64,000 bases of DNA from NCBI RefSeq assembly GCF_018350175.1, contig NC_058368.1, positions 174,408,001-174,472,000 on the forward strand, given 5' to 3'. Within the stretch, counting starts at the first letter, position 1; each line of letters starts with the position of its first letter. Made by a program: the position numbers and the translations under genes. Positions 51,776 to 64,000 of this stretch are shown here, in pieces. Source of the stretch: Felis catus (taxonomy: Eukaryota). The notes under the pieces were generated by a model. The model was not told the origin of the DNA. It ran no database searches and saw nothing but the letters and a program-made list of their open reading frames with translations.

Positions 51776-51782
51776 TGTCTGA

Positions 51783-51984
51783 TTATTTATTTATTTATTC
51801 AGTTGGGGGAGATAGAGCGCAAGCAGGGGAGGGGCAGAGAGAGAAGGAGAGGCAGGATCCCAAGCAGGCTCCACACGGTCAGCGCAGAGCCTGATGTGGG
51901 GCTTGAACTCACAAGCCAGGAGATCATGACCTGAGCCAAAATCAAGAGCTGGACGCGTAAGCCACTGAGCCACCCAGACACCCC
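51783..51984 (-). mobile_element. Can-SINE
   Basis: Antisense SINEC; imperfect TSD CTGTCTG.. Confidence 0.92.
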
Positions 51985-52014
51985 GACTGTCTGGTGATTG
52001 AAAAGTAAGATAAA

Positions 52015-52229
52015 GGGGCACCCGGGCGGCTCAGTGGCTTACGTGTTCAACTTCGGCTCAGGTCACGATCTCCCGGGTCGTGGGTTCGAGCCCCACGTCC
52101 GGCTCCGTGCGGACAGCTCGGAGCCTGGAGCCTGCTTCGGATTCTGCGTCTCCCTCTCTCTCTGCCCCTCCCCCACCTGCGCTCTGTCTCTGTCTCTCGA
52201 GAGTGAACAAACGTTAAAAAAAATTAAAA
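52015..52229 (+). mobile_element. Can-SINE, head-to-head with previous copy
   Basis: Imperfect TSD AAAAGT..ATAA. Confidence 0.92.
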
Positions 52230-52664
52230 GTGAAATAAGAAAATACAACAGGCTACGTTCAGCTGTGTTGGCCTATTTTCTGGTCTGTGTTGGTGGCAGA
52301 AGTCATGAACATGCTGGGAAAAATCAAGCACAAATCAGGAGTCTTTGGCCTTATAGTGATGTCATTCTTCTCTTTACCGGCTGCATAGGTACCAAGCGGC
52401 ATCCACTCCGACTGAAAGAGCAGACGTCGTTGGTGGGAGGGGGTGAGAGTTGATGTGGAGGGGACACCTGTCCCTCTCCAGCACGCCCTCTGCCGAGTCA
52501 GCCCCTCCCTTCTCCACGCCACCCTCTGCTCACGTGACTTCCCTCCATCGCTGCCTCCGGGAGCACGGTCCTCCCTCCTTGTCTCCCAAGAAAGATCGGG
52601 GATCAACTCCCTTTAAAGCAGCGATTTTCAGCCTTGACTGTCCATTACAACCATCCGGGAAGCT

Positions 52665-52746
52665 TTTTGTTTTGTTTTGTTTTAATGTTCACTTACGTAT
52701 CTTGAGAGAGAGTGGGCGAGCGAGAGGGCATGAGCAGGGGAGGGGC

Positions 52747-52783
<37 letters not shown>

Positions 52784-52790
52784 CTCAATG
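52665..52790 (-). mobile_element. Can-SINE 3' half only
   Basis: Tail, gagcaggggaggggcag and (GA)n present; tRNA-derived head missing. Confidence 0.75.
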
Positions 52791-54271
52791 CTGTGGCACT
52801 TGCACGGGGCTCCGGACACAGTGCTGCTCGGGCCAAGAGGGGAGGTCAGCTCCTGCCACTGTTGTCAGTTCTGGATGCTTCTGCCCGGGGGTTTCTTGCT
52901 CTTAGGTGCTTCCCTTGCCGCACCATCCTGGGAACTTTATGTTACCACCACCCTTCCCCTCCGCTCAGCCCCTCCGGATGGGTAAGTATAGTGATGGTCT
53001 GTCCGGGTCTGGATTTGCTGCTTCCTCAGGGTGCTGCCCCTTAGAAGCCAGCCAGCCGAGAGCTCCGGAGGGGAGGGGATCCGGCTTGTAGGAGCTGGGT
53101 CCCGTCTCAGGGCCGCTCTGGTTTGGAGCGTTGGGAGGCAGACCTTCCCCGTTGCAGACACGGGGCGGGCGGAGGGGCTGCTCTGCCTCTGAAGTCCTGC
53201 CGCACCTTGTCCGCTCCTCCATCAAAACACCACGCCCCACTGTATTTACTGCCTTTGTCTGTCCCCCATCTGCTCACTTTGGGTGGAATTGCTTCAGAGG
53301 TTGACGAGGACCGTGCGATTTACCCCGTCTCTTCCAGTCCAGCAGAAGACCAGGTACAGGGCAATTCATAATATGATTTTTTAGAAATGCAATCTCCACG
53401 CTAGGCCTGATTCTCACCAGCCCCTGTCCTGGGCCCTGGACCCCCTCTTGTGCCCCTGCCTCCAGCTCACGTGTGATCACAACTGCTACATGATGGTCCT
53501 GGGAGTTCCGGCTGCTTCGGCCCCTGCTGGCTTTGGATGCTGGCTGTCCGGTTACGGTCACTGGGTCCTTCTTTGATGGCCTTGCTCCCCATCTCCTCCC
53601 CGGCTTCTTCCCCTTCATCCTGCTCCTCCTCGTCTTTGTTTTCCCTATGGGGACCTTGGGACCCCTGCCAGACCGACGGAGGAATTCATTTCTTGAGTGT
53701 GACCTTAACTGACTGGTAAGAACTCTGTCCTTCCCTTCCTTCTTCCCACATTCCCTCCTCTCTCGGGGCTCCCCATCTGCAGGTAAATGAAAAAATTGCC
53801 CTGCAGCCCGCAGAGGGTCACGAGAGAGGTCTGTATCAGCCCCAGAAGATGCCTCCACAGATGTGTGTGTGTTGGGCAGGAGGAACTCACGCTGGATGGC
53901 ATTCAAGCAGGGTTCTGAAGGATGAAGAGGTCATCAGTTGATGAGAGGGAAAGGGAGTGCCAGAAACGGGACGCAGCGCCTGCCTGTTTTGTCCCTGTCT
54001 GGTTTCTTTCCGGAAGATACTCTTCCCTTCCAAATCATCACTGCCTTTGCATTTTGTCGGGGGAAAACCACCGAGAGAGATGGTTTAAAATGAAAATCTT
54101 TGTTACCTTCCTCCTGAGGGGTCGGTGGCCAGACAACGGCAATTTAGGCAGAAGGCTTTCCCAAAACCAACATTTGAAGAACTTTGGGCAGGGAGCCTTT
54201 GGGCAAAGGATCATTCATGGATTATCCACACCAGCCTCTGCTCAGTCTTTGTCTTTCTTGTTGGTTTGCCA

Positions 54272-54289
54272 ATTTTTTAATTTATTTTT

Positions 54290-54321
<32 letters not shown>

Positions 54322-54477
54322 CAATGAGCGGGGTAGGTGCGGAAAGAGAGGGAAACAGAGGATTCCAAGCGGGCTCTGTGCTGTCAGCAGAAATGGGAGG
54401 CTTGAACTCACAAACCGCGAGATCACGACCTGAGCCAAAGTTGCGTGCTTAACAGACCGAGCCGCTCAGGTGACCCT
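54272..54477 (-). mobile_element. Can-SINE
   Basis: TSD AGTCTTTGTCT. Confidence 0.9.
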
Positions 54478-55611
54478 GCAGAGTCTTTGTCTCAACCCTA
54501 CTATCTAAGAAGATGTACCTTGTCCTAAAAGGAAATAACCATTGGCCTTGGAGTCGGCTTGACAGGTGTGCAACCTTCCAGGTGTGTGTTGACTACGGTG
54601 GCCGCTGTTCTTTTATAACATAGCCGCGGCCAATGCCACAGTAGTAAAACCCAAGCCCAAGCCGTGAACCCATAGCTTCCCGAGACAAAGGATGGGTACA
54701 GGGTTGAATGGGCAGAACTGGTGGATGACCATCTGCAGAGAAAGGGGAGAAAGGGGTCCAGGATAAGCCCCAGACTTGCATGAGGCGGTGGGGGAGGGGG
54801 TGGGGCCAGTCACTGGTTGGAATCCCAACCAGGAATCCCTTCTCCGGGGCAGGTTGACAGGAGGCTGGAGGGGGAGGCTTGGAACCAGGCAGAACCCAGG
54901 GATCTCTGAATATTAGGAAGCAGGCTCCACGACAGTCCCTTGAAGCAGGAAATGTTCTGGGCTGGGAGTTGTTGCTGGGAGCTAAGGATGATGGAATAGC
55001 ATTCTTTTGTTGCAAACAGTAGCAACCATTTTATGCCTGCTTTGGAAAGAGAACACATTTTGATGTGAGACGTCAAGGATTAGCTCATTAAATTCAAAGT
55101 TTAGGATGAAAGGAATGTGTTGGAAGGCTCCGGGGAGTTCCCCATTAGCCGTGGGGTTGCAGGGAGAGTTGGTGCTCAGCCTGAGCTCTGCTCTCTTCTC
55201 TTTCACTCGTGGCTCCATCCAGTGCCACAACAGGCCTTGTACACTCTCATGTGGATACACCAGTCTGCATGTCTAAGCCGTGTTTACACTTCCCACAGAT
55301 GGCCACTTTTGGATACCCTGTGGGCCAGAGGTGTGAATGCCACCAGTACGGATGCCTCTTGGAAACACGGCACTAGGGAAGAGGGCCAGGCAGCCTTGGA
55401 AGTGGGCTTGGGCTGTTTGGGTCCTAATTCCAGGTCATGATTTCACATCTCTAAAGCATGGTCTCCATGTGGGAGCGTAGCCCTGGGGGGTTGTGTGTTC
55501 CTCACCCCTCAGGGAAGGCTGTGGCCAGAGGACAGCTGTATAGGGCCCCCAAAGTGCAGGGCTCAGGGTAGGGGCCCCTCTTGCTCAAATCTAAGAGAAT
55601 ACTACTTGGGA

Positions 55612-55820
55612 CTGCTCTGACCAATATGGTATCCATTAGACACATGTGGCTATGTACATTCAAATTCATTAAGATTTAGTACAATTTAAAGTCACCTTCT
55701 CAGTTGCATTAGCTACATCTCAAGAGCTCCAGAGCCAAGGGTAGCTCATGGCTTCCGCATTGGCCATCACAGATATGGGACTGTGCCGTCGTCACAGAAA
55801 GTTCTATCGGACGGCACTGG
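55612..55820. mobile_element. MER3-like hAT-Charlie MITE
   Basis: ccaatatggtatccattagacacatgtggcta...cacagaaagttctatcggacggcactg, ~210 bp. Confidence 0.75.
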
Positions 55821-56629
55821 TCCCGGAGGCTCGGGGAAGTTGAGGCGATTTGTCTAGGGTCATCTAGCGAGATTGGTCTGGGGCTCAAATTTGGACTTAA
55901 GTCCGTCTGATTCTAAATTCTCTGTTCATTTTCTTTCCTGGACCTTGGAAGGGCCCACTTGGCCTCTCCCAGTCTGTTCCTTCATCTGTGAAGCAAAAAT
56001 AAAGCCCTCAAATGGCTGTGATGAGGACCACAAGACATCACGCCTATAAAACGCCCAGTAGGTTTGTCATTGGGTCTTCGTAAATTTGCTTTCTTCTCCA
56101 GCTGGAAAACGAAACAGAAAAATGGCTTGAAAGTGGATGAAAGGCGCTCGCTCCCTGGTAAACACTTGCATGATTATATACCTGCATTGGAAAGACAACT
56201 CATTTTGATGAGAGATAGAGGGTTCGCTAATTAAACTCCAAAGCTAGCATTTTTGTTTGAAAGATAAAAATAATTTCACATGAAACTGGGATTTTTTTTT
56301 TTTTAAAGGTGTGGGGAGTATATTCATTCTCTGATTATTTATAACCAAGAGACAGGGAAGAATCCATTAGACAGTAAAACTCCGCACTTAATAGCTGGAT
56401 CCGTTTTCTTATAAATGCTACTTTCGAGACTAAAAAAGGCTTGCTTTTGAAAATGTCTTCTCATAGAATAGAAAGTTAAGTATCCTTGACTAACTGCGAG
56501 GATGCTGGTCCAAGCCTTCACCCTCCTGTTCTGTGACCTCGAATTTGATCTTCTAGACTGAAAGAGGACATATGGATCCTTCATTGAGGGAAGCTTTCTA
56601 ATGCCCCCAATGCTGAAGATACTCCTTCC

Positions 56630-57110
56630 TTCCTTCATTCACTGATTCAAAAAATATTTATTTAGTGCCCACCACTGCGGATGAGGCCATGAGCAAAGAG
56701 GACAGAACCTTTGCTCACAGAACTTCCATTCTAGGCTGCGAAGACAGATCATCAACAAACAAAGAAAGATATAGTGTGTCAGGTGATGATAAATACACTA
56801 ACAAAGCATGAATCCAACGTGAGGTGATAAAACACAATGTGAGGGGGGAGATGGTGATATCTTAGATCCGGGGGATTCGAGAAGCTTCTTTGAGAAGGCA
56901 CTTGAGTAGATTCCTGCAGGAAATGAGGAAGTGAGTCTGGTGCAAGAATGGTCCAGGCAGGGGGCCTCGCAAAAGCAAAATTCTGAGATGGAGAAAGTCT
57001 TCACAGGTTGGAAGAACAGAAGGGCTGACCGTGGCTAGAGCTGGGATGGACAGCTGAGCAGGCCAGAGAGGGAGAGGAGGAAGGGGTGAAGTCGGAGAGC
57101 TGACCAGAGA
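56630..57110 (-). mobile_element. L2 fragment
   Basis: ttcattcactgattcaaaaaatatttatttagtgcccacc... Confidence 0.7.
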
Positions 57111-57117
57111 CTAGATC

Positions 57118-57340
57118 ACAGAGTTGCAAAGTATGGCCTGTGAGCCAAATCCAGCCCGATGGCCGAGTTTCTAAATCGTTTTATTGTCACACAACCACAC
57201 CCATTGGTTTGCTCTGGTCTGTGGGTGCTTCCACACTGCAGTGAGAGATAAGTTGTTGTGACAGAGACCTTATGGCTTGCAAAACCTACAATATTTACTA
57301 TCTGGCCTTTCACATGGAAAACGTTCTGTCTCCAGCTTTA
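57118..57340. mobile_element. MER58A-like MITE
   Basis: gcaaagtatggcctgtgagccaaatccagcc...aatatttactatctggcctttcac. Confidence 0.82.
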
Positions 57341-57582
57341 GATTGTTATCTGACTAGGGCATCTTTTACTGTATCACCTTATTTTCAATCTGGCTGTGCT
57401 ATGATAACATGTCACAAAACGGAATATAGCTAGATTTTTTTCCCCCAAACAATGTAAGCATCTCTGTTTTGGGTGACTTCTGTTTGAATATATTTCTACC
57501 AGGTTCTCCTTCCCATTTAATCTTTCCTTCTTTCTCTCTGCTTATCTTTTTTCTTGATTACTCCATTCTTTTGTATTGATAC

Positions 57583-57697
57583 TTTTTTTTTCAAGATTTT
57601 TATTTCTAGGTAATCTCTACATCCAACACGAGGCTTGAACTCCCATCCCTGAGATGGAGAATTAGACACTCTACTGACGGAGCCAGCCGGGCACCCT
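57583..57697 (-). mobile_element. Short old carnivore SINE
   Basis: gtaatctctacatccaacacgaggcttgaactc...gagccagccgggcaccc. Confidence 0.8.
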
Positions 57698-58004
57698 GAT
57701 CCTTCCCGCCCACCCCTCCACTTTCAGTTTGTGGATTTATTTGTAAAAGAGGGCACAGATAAAGTTGACATGTCTTGATAAGGTTCTGGATTAGCAATTT
57801 TCCTAATAAAAATGTTTCCTAATTTGAAATTTAACTCCTATTATGAGCGCTTGCTTTGTAAGCTAAAGAATGTATAGAAAGCAAAAATGCAAGACAAAAC
57901 CAGACTTAAGTAAGAATAGAATACCTGAAGCCTGTAGTGTCTACAAAGTATCTGAAATTGGTATCAGTTAGAAGTTATAACCTCTGCTTTAAAAGATTTT
58001 TTTA

Positions 58005-58220
58005 GGGGCGCCTGGGTGGCTCAGTCAGTTAAGCAGCTGACTTCGGCTCAGGTCATGATCTCGTGGTCCGTGAGTTCGAGCCCCGCGTCGGGCTCTGTGC
58101 TGACCGCTCAGAGCTTGGAGCCTGTTTCAGATTCTGTGTCTCCCTCTCTCTGACCCTCCCCTGTTCATGCTCTGTCTCTGTCTCAAAAATAAATAAACGT
58201 TAAAAAAAATTAAAAAAAAT
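58005..58220 (+). mobile_element. Felid Can-SINE
   Basis: Full length; its 3' part is duplicated downstream. Confidence 0.95.
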
Positions 58221-58412
58221 ATTTTTTTTATTGTGGTATACAAACATAAGATTTAACAACTTAAAAAAAATTTATTTCTTTTACCTCCCCTGTTCATGCT
58301 CTGTCTCTGTCTCAAAAATAAATAAACGTTAAAAAAAATTAAAAAAAATATTTTTTTTATTGTGGTATACAAACATAAGATTTAACAACTTAAAAAAAAT
58401 TTATTTCTTTTA
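58155..58412. repeat. Perfect 129-bp tandem duplication
   Basis: 58155-58283 reads identical to 58284-58412. Confidence 0.95.
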
Positions 58413-58621
58413 ATGTTTACTTTTGAGACAGAGAGAGACAGAGCACGCGTGGGGGAGGAGCTGAGAGAGAGGGAGGGAGACCCAGAATCCGAAGCAGGCT
58501 CCAGGCTCTGAGCTGTCAGCACAGAGCCCAACGCGGGGCTCGAACTCACAAACCGTGAGATCGTGACCCGCGCCGAAACCAAGAGTCAGAGGCTTAACCA
58601 AGCGAGCTACCCAGGCACTCC
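58400..58621 (-). mobile_element. Can-SINE, tail-to-tail with the 58005 copy
   Basis: Antisense SINEC. Confidence 0.93.
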
Positions 58622-58869
58622 AGAGTATTGACATTTTTAAGATTCCCTTTTCCCCTTCAAGTCAAATGTACACAGGATTTATATGTCGTAATGGGTTAAC
58701 TTTGCAAACATTTTTCCTGGCTGAGTCATGTAATAAATCCCAGCGAAAAGATTTCCCCCGAGAGCTAATTTCTTGTTGCTTGATTGGTTTTTTTAAGTAG
58801 TTATCACCCCGTCAAGCCTGAACACCCGCTTCCTGCGCCCTGCCTTGGCTTGCCACCTCCTTTTGAAAC

Positions 58870-59355
58870 AGTACTCTCCAGCTGCTTCCTGACAAAAGGG
58901 TGCACGGGAGTGCCAGACCGTGCATTTCTGAAAATAGCCTTAATCTACATTCACACCTGATCAGCAATGTGGCCGGTTCTAGAATTCCCCGCTGGAATTT
59001 ATTTATTTTCTTTTGGAACTTTGAAGACATTCACCATTGTTTCCTGGTTTGCCGTCGAAAAGTCCAAAGCGAGTCTTACACCTGATCTTTTGGATGTGAC
59101 AATTTGCTTGCTGGAAGCTTGAGAGATCTCTTTTCCCGTGATGTTTCCAAATTTCACAATCACCATCACGCGCCTTGGCGTTAGTCTATTTTTGTCCACT
59201 GCATTGGGCCCTGGGTGGGTTCTTTCCATCTGGACTCTCTTATTCACCTGGGAAATTTTCTTGACATAGTTTGAATAAGACTTTCTTCCTTCTATTTTTT
59301 CTCTTTCTCTCTTTTTTTTCCCTAAAGTTCTTATTATTTGAACATTGGGCTTCCT

Positions 59356-59391
<36 letters not shown>

Positions 59392-59480
59392 CTCTACTTC
59401 TTTGTGCTATTTTGGGGAAGGAGGGGGCAGATTTCCTCAACTCTATCTTCCAACCCTTTTACTGCGTTTCAAATCTCTCC
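58870..59480 (-). mobile_element. Ancient L1 fragment (ORF1-region-like)
   Basis: actttgaagacattcaccattgtttcctgg...aatttcacaatcacc...gggaaattttcttg. Confidence 0.55.
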
Positions 59481-60150
59481 TTTTTCCCCAGATTTTTTGT
59501 TCTCTGTTTCTTTTTATAGTATCCAATTTCCATATCTTTGCGTGTGTTTCTGAGGGTATTAATGATAGCAAACGGCATAGAGATCTTCAGCAGCAAGGCC
59601 ATTCGGCCGACTTCTGCTTGGAAAACAAAACACCTGCTGTGGGGAGTGGGTGAGCAAGAAGGGGGTGTGCTCCAGGAGAGGGAGTCTTTTGGGAGGGAGG
59701 AGTGAGAAAGAAAGAAAGAAGAGAGAAGATGATGCAGTTGCCGAAAGTAATGGACTTTGGAGACAGTGGTGGGCAAAAAGATTTTTAAAGGAAATCTTGT
59801 TTGGTTTTGTGTCATGCAATTTCCCCTTTTTGCATGCTTGTTGAGAGATCTTGGAAATCAGACCTGCTTTGCTTGTCAAGGCTTTCGTAGCTGTGTTTTA
59901 TACTTCTTTTGGATGTGACCCAGTGCCTGGGGCTACCTTTAGGGCAACGCATTTTTATTTGGATGACACCGGATTCCCTGGGGCAATCTGATTCACCTGG
60001 GACCTCGTTTGGGAAGTTACTCTTCTCTGCGGAGGGGGTAGAGTAGTACTATCCTTGTCAGAAAGAGCTTTCTAAATTAGATGGAGAATTACAGGTCCAG
60101 GCAAGCCAAGTAGCCGTTTCTAGGCCATTATTAAATAGCATAAGGCATTC

Positions 60151-60369
60151 GGGGCGCCTGGGTGGCTCCGTCGGTTTAAGCGTCCGACTTCGGCTCAGGT
60201 CATGATCTCACGGTCCATGAGTTCGAGCCCCGCCTCGGGCTCTGTGCTGGCAGCTCAGAGCCTGGAGCCTGCTTCGGATTCTGTGCCTCCCTCTCTCTCT
60301 GCCCCTTCCCTGCTCGGGCTCTGTCTCTCTCTCTCTCTCTCTCTCAAAAATAAATAAACATTAAAAAAA
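60151..60369 (+). mobile_element. Can-SINE
   Basis: TSD ATAGCA(T/C)AAGGCATTC. Confidence 0.96.
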
Positions 60370-61044
60370 GATAGCACAAGGCATTCTTCGGAGGCCCTCA
60401 GAAAACGCAGAGCTTTGTAAGAAGAGACTTGAAGAGGTTGTCACGAAAGGAAACCAGGAAATCCAAGGAGAAAACAAGACCCACATTGGACCTGAACCGC
60501 CGTGAACGGAAACAGTCTTTTGCTTCCCGAGATATATGGTTTTACCTGTAAGATTTTGCCTGTAAGGTTTTCCCAAATGCTTCAGAAGACGAAGATGAGA
60601 GTTAGTGTCAGAACTCTTGTGATTCCTGAGCACGAAGCCCAGAACAGATGGCTGGCTGCCGGTCCAGAGCAGAGTCAGGAATTCTGCAATGAGGGAGGGG
60701 GGGCGGCACTGGCCTGCTGACGCTGGGCCCCGGGCTCATCCTGTTCACGCTCAGTTCAGTTCAGAGAAGGGGCATGCTGCTGCTCAGATCTGGTGTCTTT
60801 GTAAAGTCTCCCACTCAAGAGCTCACTGACAAAGCAGCGTGAGCAGTATAGTCCCATTTTTGAAACTTGTCGCTAGATAGACCCAGGTCTACTTGCATAG
60901 AAAAAAAAGATAGAAATTGACGACGTAAACGGTGCACAGCACCGTTTGGAACAGTGAGGCTCTACGTGGTTTGAAATTTTTCTTGCCCCACGTCTGTGTT
61001 TTCCAGATGGTTTAATAAGAGATGGTTACTTTCTTTATCCAATA

Positions 61045-61064
61045 TTAATTAATTAATTAATTTT

Positions 61065-61102
<38 letters not shown>

Positions 61103-61260
61103 AAGAGCAGAGAGAGAGAGAGGGAGACAGACAATCCCAAGCAGGCTCTGCACTGTCAGTACCAAGCCCCACATGGAGCTCAAACTCGCAAACCGTGAGC
61201 TCGTGACCTGAGCTGAAATCAAGAGTCCGATGCTCAACCAACGGAGCCACCCAGGCTCCC
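61045..61260 (-). mobile_element. Can-SINE
   Basis: Antisense SINEC with (GA)n. Confidence 0.92.
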
Positions 61261-61820
61261 TGATATGATTACATTTATAATAAAGTAAAAAGTTAGTATT
61301 TCAGCAATGATGATAATGGCTGCGGTTACGCTCGCGGACATGTGGCAGACAGGCTGTATGCGAGGGTCCTCACAGGCATTATCCTATTTCCTCCTTAGGG
61401 CATCTGGGCATCCGGCGAAGCAGAGACCTTCCTTAATGCTCTTTCTGCAGAGGAGAAAACCCAGATGTGGACGCACAGACCTCAGCTCCTGCTGCTAGTG
61501 AGAAGCAGCATGGGAATCTTGGTGGCTTCCAAAGCTCGTGTTTTTAAATTTTTTGTTTGTTTGTGTTTACCCTCGTGACATGTTTCCTGAGGAAATGCCC
61601 TGTGAGGAAAGATGTTCAAAGTAGACATTTTTTTCCTCCAGGGATGTTGTGCCTTCTAAAATGACAACCCTATAAGAAATGCGTCGGCATGTGTGGAAGA
61701 AATTTGCATGTGTAAATAATCCTTTTAGGTTGGGCAGGTTATAAAGTATATATATATATTTTTTTCTTTTGATTTTCCCTATGCCCTTTGCAGGTATTTT
61801 AGTCCTAGAATAAGAAATGC

Positions 61821-61849
61821 AATAATAATAATAATAATAATAATAATAA
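61821..61849. repeat. (AAT)n microsatellite
   Basis: About 9 AAT units. Confidence 0.9.
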
Positions 61850-62939
61850 AGAGATCTGTCTGAAAAGCCAGTGTTTCCTTGGCATGTCAGCAGGATGCCA
61901 AATTCTTACCATTTTAAAACAAAAATACGAAAGACTGTTCTGGCAGCCTTCACAGCCCAGAGCCATAATCTCAGGTTTGGAAGAGTGAGCGAGGAAAATG
62001 CTATTCAGGCCTTTGGACCTCTGATGCGATTATATGTCCTGTATCCCCAGGACTCTGATGGGCTTGTGTTGTCATCAGGGCTCCCCAGAGCCAAAAAGGT
62101 CCTGCCTTCCCAGTATCTGCGGCAGCTAAGCCTGGCTTTGCTGTAGGATTGCCACAGAATCTTCGTTTCTGTCTGGACCATGATCACTTCTGAGCCTCAG
62201 ATACAGGCATTAGAAAAACGAAGCTGGCTTTTTTTTGGGGGGAATCATTTTCTTAGAACATCGAAATTATTTTTCTGCGGGGGAGGGTATTTGGATCTTT
62301 CTGACCAGGTCGTATTTCAGCCAAGAAAGGGATGCACATGAACTTGAAAAGAGTACTTCGGTTCAATGGTCAGGAGTCAGGAGACGTTGTGCCACATCAC
62401 CCCATCCTTATTGTCCTCAGAGCTTATTATCTTTCCGCGTTATCAATCCACTGTCTACACATCCCAGAGTGAAAAGAACCCTCATCAGATCAGCCCTGCG
62501 TTTTACATCATTCAGTGGCTCCCCAGTCCTCCCACGACCAAGTCCCCAGTCAAGGCCCTTCCGCTTGGCCTCCTTTGCCAGCTTTGCCTGTAACAAATGG
62601 CTCTCCTCATTCAACTGCACTCCATTCACTGAAAACTGCTTGTCGCCCCTCCAATATGCCATGCACCCCAAAGTTCTCTCTTTACTCATCTCGTTTCCAG
62701 TGCCCAGAATGCTAGCCTGACTTCTTGTGCCCCTGGAAAACTCGCCGGGGTTCTATTAAATTGAGCTCAAATGCAACTACTTCTAGGAAGCTCTTCCTGA
62801 CGGTCCCTGCTTCCTTCTTCTCTGTTTCATGTTTTCTGTTGACTTACTTCCTCCGGTACCCCGGGCCAGGCCGGGCCTCCATGTACTCTCTACACGCCTC
62901 CGGTGCAGCACTGGGCACACGGGTCTGTGATTAGGAATA

Positions 62940-63170
62940 AGGAGTGGTTGCCGGTATGGATTTTGAAGTCAGATGCACTTGGGTTAGGATTCCAGATGCC
63001 CCACTGGTTGACCGTGTGACTCGGGGCAGGTTATCACACCTGTCTCAGTCAGTTTCCTATCCACAAACTGGAAAGTAGTAGAACCTCCCTGCAAGGTTGC
63101 GAAAGTCAAAGGAGATCATGCATGTAAAATTCAGCCATGGTACCCGGAATATTGAAACTTTCAGTGAGCA
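62940..63170 (+). mobile_element. MIR
   Basis: gaagtcagatgcacttgggttaggattccag...ccgtgtgactcggggcaggttatcacacctgtctcagtcagtttcc. Confidence 0.75.
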
Positions 63171-64000
63171 ACCCCTGCTGTTCTTATTTCTATCGCTGAT
63201 TGGCTCTGTGTCTGTGATTACAGGATCTTCAAGAGTAGAATCGTGGCTGGTTCGTTTCTCTAACGTAAGTGCTCAGCATGAGGCCTTGCTCAGCCAGGCG
63301 TCGGTCAGAAGACTTTCTGGATTGCTGACTGCAAAGTCCCTATGGAGGGCTGCTGTCCTGGAATAATGGAAAATCAATATTCCAGTCACAATGTGAGTTG
63401 ATACGGGTACCTAGCGCCATCCCAAAGCAGAGCCTGGCCTCAGATCCCAACGGGAGCTCGTATTTGCAATGCTAACTCCACTTCTCCACTACCCTGCAGG
63501 CTCCTTTGCAAATTTTATGCCTCAAAGACTAGAGAAAACATGTGCAAATTCCCAGGGACTTGGGAGAGACTCTCTTCTCACGTCTTTCCGTCTTGGGGCC
63601 TGGGCAGGAAGGCAGGTTTGAGGGGGCCGGGCTCTGCCCTTCGTGGGCTGCAAGGTTCGGCTTCGGCCACCTATGGCTTCTTGAGCCTTGTTCTGTGAAA
63701 TGTGGGTGGAACTGTGACTCCCAGGGCCGAGCTGCCTGGCAGAGGGCAGGTGCTCCATCAGCGAAACATTATGAACAGTAACGTTGGATCGGATTGAACG
63801 CACTGGGAGTCATTTCACTTGAAAGGCCTCGGGGTGACCTGCCTGATGGCAACGCATTTGTCAAGGGGCTGGGGGAGTCCAGGGAGGAAGAGACCAGGGG
63901 TGGCCAAAGCGGTTGCCCGGTAACCAAGTCTTAGCCATAAGAGGGGAGTGAGGCTGTTAAGTAGACTGTGCTATTCCCCATGCCCCTGGACCAGCGGCCT

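Noticed and set aside
53274..54452. ORFs of 210 aa (-) and 176 aa (+)
   Set aside because: No family resemblance; low-complexity purine/pyrimidine bias; the second runs into a SINE
7355..61250. Recurrent ORFs such as GAWVAQSVKRPTSAQV and QRETEHERGRGRERG
   Set aside because: Translations of Can-SINE copies, not a gene family

Overview
Mammalian genomic DNA, almost certainly from a cat-family carnivore: about 44 Can-SINE copies, many of the young felid SINEC_Fc type. The window starts in a CpG island and holds the complete dopamine D1 receptor gene, DRD1, on the + strand: intronless CDS 1557-2897 (446 aa), a probable ~100-bp 5'UTR intron and a ~1.7-kb 3'UTR. The remaining ~59 kb is gene-poor sequence made of SINEs, MIR/L2/L1 fragments, hAT MITEs, MaLR LTRs, a decayed ERV with nested LTRs, and simple repeats. 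I see no second protein-coding gene and no convincing novel multi-gene system. The most notable details are: a candidate splice acceptor 46 nt upstream of the DRD1 ATG that would skip all uORFs; a hierarchical 194/147-bp G-rich VNTR; a perfect 129-bp tandem duplication between inverted SINEs; a near-consensus CTCF motif inside an ERV remnant; and a 51-nt hairpin. Repeat family names were assigned by eye from remembered consensus sequences, not from a search, and boundaries of old repeats are approximate.
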